64,000 nt of DNA. Origin: Akkermansia sp. (GTDB lineage: Bacteria; Verrucomicrobiota; Verrucomicrobiia; Verrucomicrobiales; Akkermansiaceae). The translations under genes were made by a program, and so were the position numbers. The notes under the pieces are model-generated. The model saw nothing but the letters and a program-made list of their open reading frames with translations, did no database searches and was not told the DNA's origin. How positions within the stretch are numbered: position 1 is the stretch's first letter; each line of letters opens with the position of its first letter. Location of the stretch: assembly GCA_030536145.1 (NCBI GenBank), contig JAUNQN010000004.1:34239-98238 (forward strand). Direction: 5' to 3'. Shown here piece after piece: positions 8,894-17,061 of this stretch.

Positions 8894-9424
8894 TCACATG
8901 CCCAGTTCCTTCTTGGTCTCGGCCACGTTGGCTTCGCGCTTCACCGTGTCACGGGAGTCCTGGAGCTTCTGGATGTATTCCTCCGGCTTCATGTTGGGGT
9001 TGTAGCTCAGGTTGCAGAGGTGCTTGCCCTCCGGGGAGACCACGGCACCCGTGGGCATGCCCTTGTTGCAGTTGTACTTGGGGATGGGGGAGGTGGAGCG
9101 GTAGCCGATGAATAGCCCCTTCTCACGCTTGAGCTGGCGGGAGTTGATGATGTTGGAATCCAGCGCGCGGCACATGCCGCAGGTGGCGGGGTTGGAGTAC
9201 AGCACCCACACGGGCAGGTTGTACTTCTTTGCCTCGTCGAAGGCTTCCTTCTCCGTGTTGTACCACTTGATTTTCAGCTTCTCTCCCTGCTTCTTGATAC
9301 GCTCCGCCTTCAGCTCCTCCTTGGTAGGCTTGGCCTTGGGTGCGGTTTCGGTGTCGTCTTGGGAGAAGGCAAGGCCGCCGGCCATTGCCACTGTCAAAAG
9401 CATTGCGAGGGAAAGAGACTTCAT
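8894..9424 (-). CDS. secreted thioredoxin-fold protein
   Basis: 176 aa. Signal peptide present. VWVLYSNPATCGMCRAL contains a CxxC in a thioredoxin-like context. Confidence 0.65.
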   Translation of the reverse strand: MKSLSLAMLLTVAMAGGLAFSQDDTETAPKAKPTKEELKAERIKKQGEKLKIKWYNTEKEAFDEAKKYNLPVWVLYSNPATCGMCRALDSNIINSRQLKREKGLFIGYRSTSPIPKYNCNKGMPTGAVVSPEGKHLCNLSYNPNMKPEEYIQKLQDSRDTVKREANVAETKKELGM

Positions 9425-9490
9425 CGAAGTTACCTTATGCGCAAAGGTGGGTTATGTCAAGCAGATATGCGCGGCGGGCAAGAAAAAAGT

Positions 9491-9519
9491 TCGCAGTGGG
9501 CGCGCTTTTGTGGTAGAGT
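9491..9519 (+). promoter_or_regulatory. promoter of rnc (TCGCAG-N17-TGTGG-TAGAGT), leaderless
   Basis: TGTGGTAGAGT at 9509-9519. The rnc ATG at 9526 is exactly 6 nt after the -10. Confidence 0.55.
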
Positions 9520-9525
9520 GGGCTC

Positions 9526-10212
9526 ATGCAGAAAGATGTGGTGGAAAAGAGCCTGGGCTATGTGTTTACGGATATCACCTGGCTGGAGCAGGCGCTCACC
9601 CACCCCAGCGTGGACCAGAAGCGCAGTACCAACCTGAACTACGAGCGCCTGGAGTACCTGGGGGATGCCGTGCTGGAACTGGCGGTGAGCCGTGAGCTGT
9701 TTTCCCGCTACCCGAAGGCGGACGAGGGGCTGCTGACCAAGATGCGCGCCGCGCTGGTGAGCCGCCAGCACCTGGCCGGCCTGTGCCGTGAGCTGGGCTG
9801 GGGGGAGCAGCTGGCCATGAGCCCCCAGCTGGAAAAGACGGGCGGACGCACCACGCTCTCCATCCTGGCAAACACCTTTGAATCCGTAGTCGGCGCGGTG
9901 ATGATGGATTCCAACTACAACGCCGCGCGCAAGGTGTCCCTGATGCTGCTGGGGCCCAGCCTGGAGAAGGCGGAGGCCATGGTGGCGGTGAATTCCAAGG
10001 GCGAGCTGCTGGAAACCCTGCAGGCTGTGAACGGCCAGGGGCCGGATTACACGGTGAGCCTGGTGGACCCGGAGAAGGTGGCAGGGCCTTTCCGCGCGGT
10101 GGTTTCCTGGGGCGGCATGGAGCTGGGCTCAGCAGAGGGCACCAGCAAGCACAAGGCGCAAATGGCCGCCGCCGCCGTGGCGCTCAAGCAGCGCCTGTGG
10201 GAAAAGGCCTGA
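9526..10212 (+). CDS. rnc: ribonuclease III
   Basis: 228 aa. ERLEYLGDAVLE signature and a C-terminal dsRBD-like region. Confidence 0.93.
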   Translation: MQKDVVEKSLGYVFTDITWLEQALTHPSVDQKRSTNLNYERLEYLGDAVLELAVSRELFSRYPKADEGLLTKMRAALVSRQHLAGLCRELGWGEQLAMSPQLEKTGGRTTLSILANTFESVVGAVMMDSNYNAARKVSLMLLGPSLEKAEAMVAVNSKGELLETLQAVNGQGPDYTVSLVDPEKVAGPFRAVVSWGGMELGSAEGTSKHKAQMAAAAVALKQRLWEKA

Positions 10213-10241
10213 ACCCTCCCTTGTCTTTGAATATGCAAAAA

Positions 10242-10265
10242 GGCGGGCAGCATGTGCTGCCCGCC
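10242..10265. terminator. bidirectional terminator hairpin between convergent rnc and adk
   Basis: Stem GGCGGGCAGCA/TGCTGCCCGCC, flanked by AAAA on the left and TTGCAAGTTTT on the right. Confidence 0.7.
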
Positions 10266-10291
10266 TTGCAAGTTTTCCGGTGCAGGGGTGT

Positions 10292-10945
10292 TTACTTTTC
10301 TGCGTAGGCGCGGATGGCGGCGGCGATGCGGGCGGAAACGTCCGCGGGCTCGCCCTCTTCCGTCACCTTGATTTCCACCACCTTGCCCTGGGCCTGGTAG
10401 TGCTCGATGACCGGCACCGTCAGGCTCTCGTAGTCCTTCCAGCGCTTGGCGAAAGCCTCCGGGTTGTCGTCGGAGCGCACAATCATCTCCGTGCCGCACT
10501 TCGGGCAGGTCTCCTCGCCGTTGCGGGTGGTCTCGCCGCACTTCGGGCAGGCCTTGCGCTTCAGCATGCGGGCCTGGATGAGCTCCAGGGCCACGTTCAG
10601 GTAGACCACGATGTCGACCTCCATGCCCATCTGGGAGAGGTTGGCATCCAGCGTCTCGGCCTGGGACACGGTGCGGGGATAGCCGTCAAGCAGGCAGCCG
10701 CAGTCCTTGTTCTCGCCGAGCCACTTGGCCACGATGCCGTTCACCACCTCGTCCGGCACGAACATGGCGGCATCCATGTACTTCTTGGCCTCCATGCCCA
10801 GCTCGGAGCCGGCGGCAATCTCTGCACGCAGCAGGGCACCCGTGCTCAGGGGCTTCAGGTCATACGTATCAGACAGGAAAGAAGACTGGGTACCCTTGCC
10901 GGAGGCCGGGGCACCCACCAACACAAATCGCTTGAGCGTTTTCAT
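10292..10945 (-). CDS. adk: adenylate kinase (zinc-lid type)
   Basis: 217 aa from the internal Met MKTLKRFVLVGAPASGKGTQ (P-loop). The lid carries CPKCG...CPKCG. The longer 313-aa ORF extension has no homology-like features. Confidence 0.95.
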   Translation of the reverse strand: MKTLKRFVLVGAPASGKGTQSSFLSDTYDLKPLSTGALLRAEIAAGSELGMEAKKYMDAAMFVPDEVVNGIVAKWLGENKDCGCLLDGYPRTVSQAETLDANLSQMGMEVDIVVYLNVALELIQARMLKRKACPKCGETTRNGEETCPKCGTEMIVRSDDNPEAFAKRWKDYESLTVPVIEHYQAQGKVVEIKVTEEGEPADVSARIAAAIRAYAEK

Positions 10946-11132
10946 GATGTTTGACTTGGTAACGAGCCGCCCCCATGGGCACAGCTCCGCAGGCATTATC
11001 CTCCATCTGCGCGGGAATTGCAATGAAAAGTTGCCGCAGTGGGGGAAAAAGTGTGCCATCCACCGCAGCGGTGCGGGCAAAAGAAAAGGCAGGGAGGATG
11101 AATCCTCCCTGCCCGGTGAAAGGGGTGTGGCC

Positions 11133-11675
11133 TTACTTCTTCCTTTTCTTGGGCTGCGGGGTGCCGGTGGTCTGGCGCCAGTCGTTGAACACCTTGTCCG
11201 CGCGGGCACTCTGCAGCACGTTGCCGTCCGCATCCACTACAATGGCCCAGGGGAAGTTCATGATGCGCTTGAAACCCGGGAGCTTCTGCGTATCCTGTGA
11301 GGCGATGAGGATGCAGGGGAAATCCGCCTTGTACTTCTTCATGAAGGCGGTGGCCTCTTCCGGGGTCTTGTCGCCGTTCACGTACACAATCTCCACCTTC
11401 TTCTTGGCCATGTCCTTGTACTCCTGCACCACGTGGGGCATCTCCACATTGCAGGCGGCACACCAGCTGGCGGACATGAGGTATACGTAGTACTTGGCCT
11501 TCAGGTTGGGCTTTTTCTCCGTGATGAAGGGAATGTCCTTCAGCGCCTCTGCCACGGCTCCGCTGCATTTCACGGCGGCGGGGTCTTTCTTGGCTGCATC
11601 CGCAGCGTGGGCGGCAGGAAGGGAGGCGGGCAGGCAGCATGCTGCCAGAAGCAGGGAAAGGATGGTCTTGCTCAT
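11133..11675 (-). CDS. secreted TlpA/ResA-like thiol:disulfide oxidoreductase (thioredoxin fold)
   Basis: 180 aa. Signal peptide present. YLMSASWCAACNVEMPHVVQEY contains a WCxxC active site. Confidence 0.8.
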   Translation of the reverse strand: MSKTILSLLLAACCLPASLPAAHAADAAKKDPAAVKCSGAVAEALKDIPFITEKKPNLKAKYYVYLMSASWCAACNVEMPHVVQEYKDMAKKKVEIVYVNGDKTPEEATAFMKKYKADFPCILIASQDTQKLPGFKRIMNFPWAIVVDADGNVLQSARADKVFNDWRQTTGTPQPKKRKK

Positions 11676-11692
11676 GGTATCCCGGTAAGCGG

Positions 11693-12340
11693 TTATTTGC
11701 CGCAGGTCTGCTTCCAGTTGCCGATAACCTGCCCGGCGCGGCCGCTGGCCAGGGAGTTGCCCTCGGCATCCACAATGTTGGCAAAGGGAATGGAGTTGCC
11801 GTCTTTCCAGCCGGGCAGCTTGCCGCGCTCCGTGTCACCCATGGCGCAGGGGAACTCCGCACCGTACTTGCTCACGAAACCCTTGGCTGCGCCCTGGTCG
11901 TGGTCGGCACTCACCAGGATAAGCTCCACGCCGCACTGGCGCATCTCCTTGTACTGCTGCACCACGTGCGGCATCTCCTGGTTGCAGGGGCCGCACCAGC
12001 TGGCGGATACCAGGTAGATGTAGTGCGTGGCCTTGAGGTCAGCCTTCTTGGCGGTCACATACTTCACGGTCTTCAGTCCCTTGGCCACGGCGGAAAGGGG
12101 AGACTTGTCCTCCTTTTCCTTCTTGTCTGCCTTCTTGGCGGTCTTCTGCCCGTCCTGCTCGCCGGCAGCCCCGTCATCCTTGGCCTCTGCCTTCTTTTCA
12201 GCCTTCTTCTTGCCGGATTTCTTCTTGCCGTCCGCCTTCTTGGCAGCGTGGGCGGAATCCGGGGCGTTCTGGGAATAGGCGGGCGCACCGGCAAATGCCA
12301 GTGCCATCACAAGGCTGAGAGAAAGCAGCGCAGATTTCAT
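11693..12340 (-). CDS. secreted TlpA/ResA-like thiol:disulfide oxidoreductase, paralog with Lys-rich linker
   Basis: The start was moved to MKSALLSLSLVMALAFAGAPAYS (signal peptide). YLVSASWCGPCNQEMPHVVQQY is present. It is clearly paralogous to 11133-11675. Confidence 0.8.
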   Translation of the reverse strand: MKSALLSLSLVMALAFAGAPAYSQNAPDSAHAAKKADGKKKSGKKKAEKKAEAKDDGAAGEQDGQKTAKKADKKEKEDKSPLSAVAKGLKTVKYVTAKKADLKATHYIYLVSASWCGPCNQEMPHVVQQYKEMRQCGVELILVSADHDQGAAKGFVSKYGAEFPCAMGDTERGKLPGWKDGNSIPFANIVDAEGNSLASGRAGQVIGNWKQTCGK

Positions 12341-12401
12341 AACAGGGTGGAGTCTACACGTTTGCCGGGGCAATGTCAATTCCTGTCAGCGCCGCAAATT
12401 G

Positions 12402-12433
12402 AAAAAATGCCCGTGCGCGGCGCGCACGGGCAT
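12402..12433 (-). terminator. rho-independent terminator after the M16 fusion gene
   Basis: 12-bp stem ATGCCCGTGCGC/GCGCACGGGCAT (12407-12433), followed on the minus strand by TTTTT. Confidence 0.8.
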
Positions 12434-12455
12434 TGGGGGAATGCTGAATGGGGGG

Positions 12456-15400
12456 TTACTTGATGTTCACCGTCTTGGATTCGCCCTTGCCGAGCTCCAG
12501 CTCGTCGAAGAGGATGAAGTCGTTGGTGAAGACGGCCTCCGGGGCATCGCAGCCCTTGGCACCCTTGCCCACGTTCACATTGGGGAACCACACGCCGCAG
12601 CGGCCCTTGTGGGCGCGGTTGGCGGTGATGGTGAACTGCTTGTCACCGTTCCAGGTCACCTTGAAGGGGGACTGGGTGTGGGACTCGTCCAGCGTGGCGC
12701 GCCAGGCGGGGTCGCCGTAGAAGGCGAACACGTCGCGGTCATGCACCAGGCCCAGGTAGTCCTTGGCCTTCTCGTCGTTCTGCAGGTCGCTCATGGGCAC
12801 CTTGGCGCGCTGGATGAGCTCCATGGCCAGCTTGTTCGGGTTGAAGCTCTCGTCGTTGTACTCTATTTCCATGAGCTTGGGATTGAGCTTCATGGTCTTG
12901 TCCAGGATGTACTGGTTGTTGAGCACGGCGGCTTCCGCCAGGCTGATGCCCTCCACCGTGTTGGTGAAGGTGCCGTTGGTGCCCCAGCCGCTGGCGCCGT
13001 ACCAGGAGGGCACGGTGTAGCCGGCCACCTGGTTGCAGGTGTAGGCGGAGAGGGCGGTGATGGCCATGCTGGTATCGCTGCCGCGGGCATTGCCGAAGAG
13101 GCAGTTGCCGGCGGGCAGCCAGATGCGGGTCACGCCGTCCGGCTCGATTGACTTGAACTTGTTCTCCTTGGCAAACTTGGAGAGAGCCTCCGTCTTGCCC
13201 TGCATGGCGCTGCCGAGCACGCGGCCGAAGTCGCGCATGCGGTCGGCGGGCAGCATGTAGAAGCGGCCGTCTGCCGGGAAGATGAGCCCCTTGCCGAAGG
13301 GCATCTCCAGGTTGAACTCCGTGGCGTGGCTGGAGGTCACAATCATCTGCGGCTTCTGGGTGGCCAGCTGGTTGCCGAAGAGCTCCTGCACGCCATGCTT
13401 GTAGATTTCCTTGCCTTCCGGGGTGTTCTCGTCGTACTTGGTCTCCTTGGTGGCGGTATAGCCGGTCTGCTCATGGATGGGGAACCCGGTCCAGTCCGTG
13501 ATGACATAGCTGTGCTCAAAGCGGGAGTGGTCCAGGTTGGTGGTGCCCAGCACGCGCTTGATGACCAGGGGCTTCTTGGCCTTGGCAATGCGCAGGGCAT
13601 CCTGCGCGGTGCGGCCGGTCACCATGCCCCACAGGCAGTCGCCCCAGGGGTCGTCGTCTATCTGGCGCGCCACGCGGTTCAGGATGTCCACCTGCGCGCG
13701 GTCGATCTCCTTGGGCTGCATCACGTAGGCCACGTAGTAGGCATCCGTGCCTTTCAGGGCCTTCTTCAGGGTCTCCTGCTTCAGGTCCGGCACGGTGTGG
13801 ACGATGGCACCGCGGTGCTTGTTCTTGAGAGCCTTCACCACTGCCTTCCAGTCCTCCTTGCCGGCGGTCTCCTTGCTCACCACAATGTGGTAGGGCTGGG
13901 TGGTGGCGGCAGCGGCCTTGTCCTCGGCGGCGGCCTGCGGCGTCACCGGGGCTGCGGCGGGGGCGGCGGTGTCCTTGTCAAAGTCCTTGGGAACGGCAAA
14001 GTAGTAGTTCACGTTCTCGTTGCCGAATACTTCCTTGGACAGGGCCTGGATTTCCTCCAGGGTGATGGCCTTGATGTCCGGCAGCACCTCGCGGATGGTC
14101 ACCAGGGAATCCGGGTCGCTCTGGAGCTTGGCCAGCACCATGCCCCAGAAACCGGGGTCGCGGAAGGCCTTCTCCGTGCTGGATACCAGCGGGCGCACGG
14201 CGCGGTCCACGTCCTCCTGGGTAATCTGGCCCTGGCCCAGGCGGTTGAAAATCATGTCCATGGCGGCGGTCACCTTCTCACGGTTGCCCTTCACGCCGGC
14301 GCTGCTGGCCATGATGAAGGCGGCGTTGTCGAACTGGCGGTTGGTGGCCACGTTCACGCTGGGGGAGTAGGTCTCGCCCAGCTCGGCGCGGATACCGTCG
14401 AAGAGCTTCTCGCGGGTGATGTCGGAGAGGACCTCCAGGCGGCGGTTGTGCTTCAGGTCGCGGCCGTTGCCGGCGGGGCGCACCTGGGCCACGATGGTCT
14501 TGTCCAGCTCCGTGTCATAGCGCAGGAACTCCCGCTGGCCCCAGGGCTGGAACTTCACGGTGCGCTCCGCGTCCGTGAGCGGCTTGAACTCTGCGGCGCG
14601 CTGCGGCATGGCACCGAAGGTGCGCTCCAGCACGGGCAGCACGTCCGCCACCTTGAAATCACCCACGATGGTGACCTCCATGGCGCCGTTCTGCAGGTAG
14701 GGGGTGAGCGCCTGCTTCACCATCTCCGTGGTGCAGGCTTCCACCTGCTCCTGCTCCGGCACCACAAAGCGCGGGTCGTCGCCGAAGAGCTTGCGCATGG
14801 ACTGCATGGAGAATGCGCCCTGCGGGGTGGTCTTGAACTTCTTGTACTGGGAGGGCAGGGCGCGGCGCAGCAGTACCTCGCCGTCCGGGCGGTAGCCGGG
14901 ATGCAGGATGCTGGCCACAATCAGCTTGCACTGCAGCTCCAGGTCTGCGGCGGTGGTGCCGCCCGCAAAGGTGAAGCGGTCGCGGGAGCTGTCGAAGCTC
15001 ACCCCGGCCACGTGGCCGCTGAGCAGGCGGTCCAGGTCCGTGCGGGTGTGGGCCTCCAGGCCGCCCATGTTCATCACGGCACCGGCCACGGTATCCAGGC
15101 CGGGGGCGGGCATGCGCAGGCTGCCGCCATCCACCGCGGCGGAAACGGAGATGCTGCCCTTCTTGAAGTCGATGGGCTTGAGGTTGACCTTCACGCCGTT
15201 GGAGAGGGTGATGGTGGTCACGCCGATGTCCTCGATGGTGTTCTGGAGGACGATGGAGCCGGGCTCGCCCACCTTGTCGTAGGCAAAGGCCACTTCCTGC
15301 TGCTCGGCGGGCTTGGCCACCTCGGTCTTCAGCGCGGCATCATAGGCGGTGCGGAGCTGTTCGGCGGTCATGCCCTCCGGCACGTTGCCGCCCATGATGA

Positions 15401-16832
15401 GCTTGGCGCGGTCCGTCTCAAAGTCCTTGGCGAGCTGGCGGCGGCACTGGTCCGGGTCTGCCAGCAGGCTCTTCACGCTGGCCTCGAAGGCGCGCATGTC
15501 TTCCGCCGGGTCGGTGAACACGTCTTCCTCGTCCAGGCTGTCGATGATGCTGGAGGCGATGTCCTTGGCGGAGATGGTGTCCCAGGTGTTGGCCAGCTGG
15601 GTCAGGCTGGTGCGGTGGGAGGTAAGCACCTCCTCCAGCTCAGACTTGCTGAATCCGTACCGGCAGGCGCGGCGCACCTCGTCCAGCACGGCCTGCATGG
15701 CCTGCTGCCACTTGCCGGGCTCTGCGGAAAGGTCCACGCTGAAACCCTCCATCACGTTGAAATTGCTGCCGTATGACACGCGGGCGCCAGCGAACGGGCA
15801 GTCCGGCTGGCGGGTCATGCGGGCCAGGCGCTGGTTGAGCATGGCGCGGGCCACGGAGCCGGGGAATTCCTTGATGCGCTGCTCAATGGTGTCATGCTTC
15901 TCCGTGTAGTGCTTCACCACGTTCACGGAGACGGTGGTCATGGCGTTCTCCGGGTTGGGGATGATGGTCTGGGAGGGGCCCAGGTCCGCCAGCTTGCCGC
16001 GGTCTGCCGCAGGCTGGTTCGGCACGTCGCGCATGTCGCCAAAGTACTTCTCCACCAGGGCCTTGCCCTGCTCGGCGGTCATGTCGCCGGTCACCACCAC
16101 GGTCATGCGGCGGGGCAGGTACGCATTGCGGTACAGGTTGCGGATGGTCTCGTAGCTGGCGTGGCGCACCACGTCCTCCTTGCCGATGGGCATGTAGTCC
16201 GCTATCTTGGTGCCCTCCATCAGCGCGCGGATGGTCTGGATGCTGGCGCGGTAGCTTGCGGAGTCGCGGGCCTTCAGCTCGCTCACAATGATGCCGCGCT
16301 CGTGGTCGATGGCGTCGTCCTCCAGCAGGGCGCCGTCACCGAAGTCGCGCAGGATGGTGAAGGCAAAATCCACCGTCTCGTCGTTCAGGTTGGGCAGGTC
16401 CAGCATGTACACGGTCTGCTCCAGGCCGGTGTAGGCATTGGCGTCTCCGCCGAATCCCAGGCCCAGCTTCTGCATGGTGGGTATGAGCTCGCCGCGCTTG
16501 AAATGCTTGCTGCCGTTGAACACCATGTGCTCCAGGAAGTGGGACAGGCCGGAGGTGGAGGGATCCTCGTTCAGGGAGCCGTGCTTCACATACAGGCGGA
16601 TGCAGGCGCGCCCGGCGGGCTCCTTGGTGGGGCGCACAAAGTAGTGCAGGCCGTTGGCCAGTTCTCCGGTCAGGGCCAGCGGATCCTGCTGCAGGGCCTT
16701 CAGCTCCTGGGGCTGGGCAGCCGGGGTGGCTGCGGCTTCCGGGGCCGCCGGTGCGGCGGGGGCTGCCGTTTGAGCCTGCATGACAGGCACCGTGAGCGCC
16801 AATGCTATGATTGGGGTGATGAGACGGTTCAT
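12456..16832 (-). CDS. secreted M16 (pitrilysin/insulinase) zinc peptidase fused to a C-terminal gingipain-like (clan CD-like) module
   Basis: 1458 aa from MNRLITPIIALALTVPVMQA (signal peptide). It has the inverted zinc motif HFLEHMVFNGS and about 950 aa of M16 architecture. An Ala/Pro linker follows, then a 482-aa module with strand-His (QMIVTSSH) and strand-Cys (IWLPAGNC). Confidence 0.85.
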   Translation of the reverse strand: MNRLITPIIALALTVPVMQAQTAAPAAPAAPEAAATPAAQPQELKALQQDPLALTGELANGLHYFVRPTKEPAGRACIRLYVKHGSLNEDPSTSGLSHFLEHMVFNGSKHFKRGELIPTMQKLGLGFGGDANAYTGLEQTVYMLDLPNLNDETVDFAFTILRDFGDGALLEDDAIDHERGIIVSELKARDSASYRASIQTIRALMEGTKIADYMPIGKEDVVRHASYETIRNLYRNAYLPRRMTVVVTGDMTAEQGKALVEKYFGDMRDVPNQPAADRGKLADLGPSQTIIPNPENAMTTVSVNVVKHYTEKHDTIEQRIKEFPGSVARAMLNQRLARMTRQPDCPFAGARVSYGSNFNVMEGFSVDLSAEPGKWQQAMQAVLDEVRRACRYGFSKSELEEVLTSHRTSLTQLANTWDTISAKDIASSIIDSLDEEDVFTDPAEDMRAFEASVKSLLADPDQCRRQLAKDFETDRAKLIMGGNVPEGMTAEQLRTAYDAALKTEVAKPAEQQEVAFAYDKVGEPGSIVLQNTIEDIGVTTITLSNGVKVNLKPIDFKKGSISVSAAVDGGSLRMPAPGLDTVAGAVMNMGGLEAHTRTDLDRLLSGHVAGVSFDSSRDRFTFAGGTTAADLELQCKLIVASILHPGYRPDGEVLLRRALPSQYKKFKTTPQGAFSMQSMRKLFGDDPRFVVPEQEQVEACTTEMVKQALTPYLQNGAMEVTIVGDFKVADVLPVLERTFGAMPQRAAEFKPLTDAERTVKFQPWGQREFLRYDTELDKTIVAQVRPAGNGRDLKHNRRLEVLSDITREKLFDGIRAELGETYSPSVNVATNRQFDNAAFIMASSAGVKGNREKVTAAMDMIFNRLGQGQITQEDVDRAVRPLVSSTEKAFRDPGFWGMVLAKLQSDPDSLVTIREVLPDIKAITLEEIQALSKEVFGNENVNYYFAVPKDFDKDTAAPAAAPVTPQAAAEDKAAAATTQPYHIVVSKETAGKEDWKAVVKALKNKHRGAIVHTVPDLKQETLKKALKGTDAYYVAYVMQPKEIDRAQVDILNRVARQIDDDPWGDCLWGMVTGRTAQDALRIAKAKKPLVIKRVLGTTNLDHSRFEHSYVITDWTGFPIHEQTGYTATKETKYDENTPEGKEIYKHGVQELFGNQLATQKPQMIVTSSHATEFNLEMPFGKGLIFPADGRFYMLPADRMRDFGRVLGSAMQGKTEALSKFAKENKFKSIEPDGVTRIWLPAGNCLFGNARGSDTSMAITALSAYTCNQVAGYTVPSWYGASGWGTNGTFTNTVEGISLAEAAVLNNQYILDKTMKLNPKLMEIEYNDESFNPNKLAMELIQRAKVPMSDLQNDEKAKDYLGLVHDRDVFAFYGDPAWRATLDESHTQSPFKVTWNGDKQFTITANRAHKGRCGVWFPNVNVGKGAKGCDAPEAVFTNDFILFDELELGKGESKTVNIK

Positions 16833-17061
16833 GTTGTGTGTTGTTTGGAAGTTTGAATGCGGCTCTACCGGAGCGCACTGCGCTACGCGCGCGCACGCCC
16901 GAACCACATTGCTGCAAAACTAACATTTCACCGCAGGGGTGTCAAGCATGCAGCGCGTAATGATTTTATGCAATGCGCGCACCCCGCAGGGCGGGGTTCC
17001 CGGGCTGGTGGTTCCCTGCATACATTGCATGACCTGTTCCAAAATCCAAAATCCTAAATCC

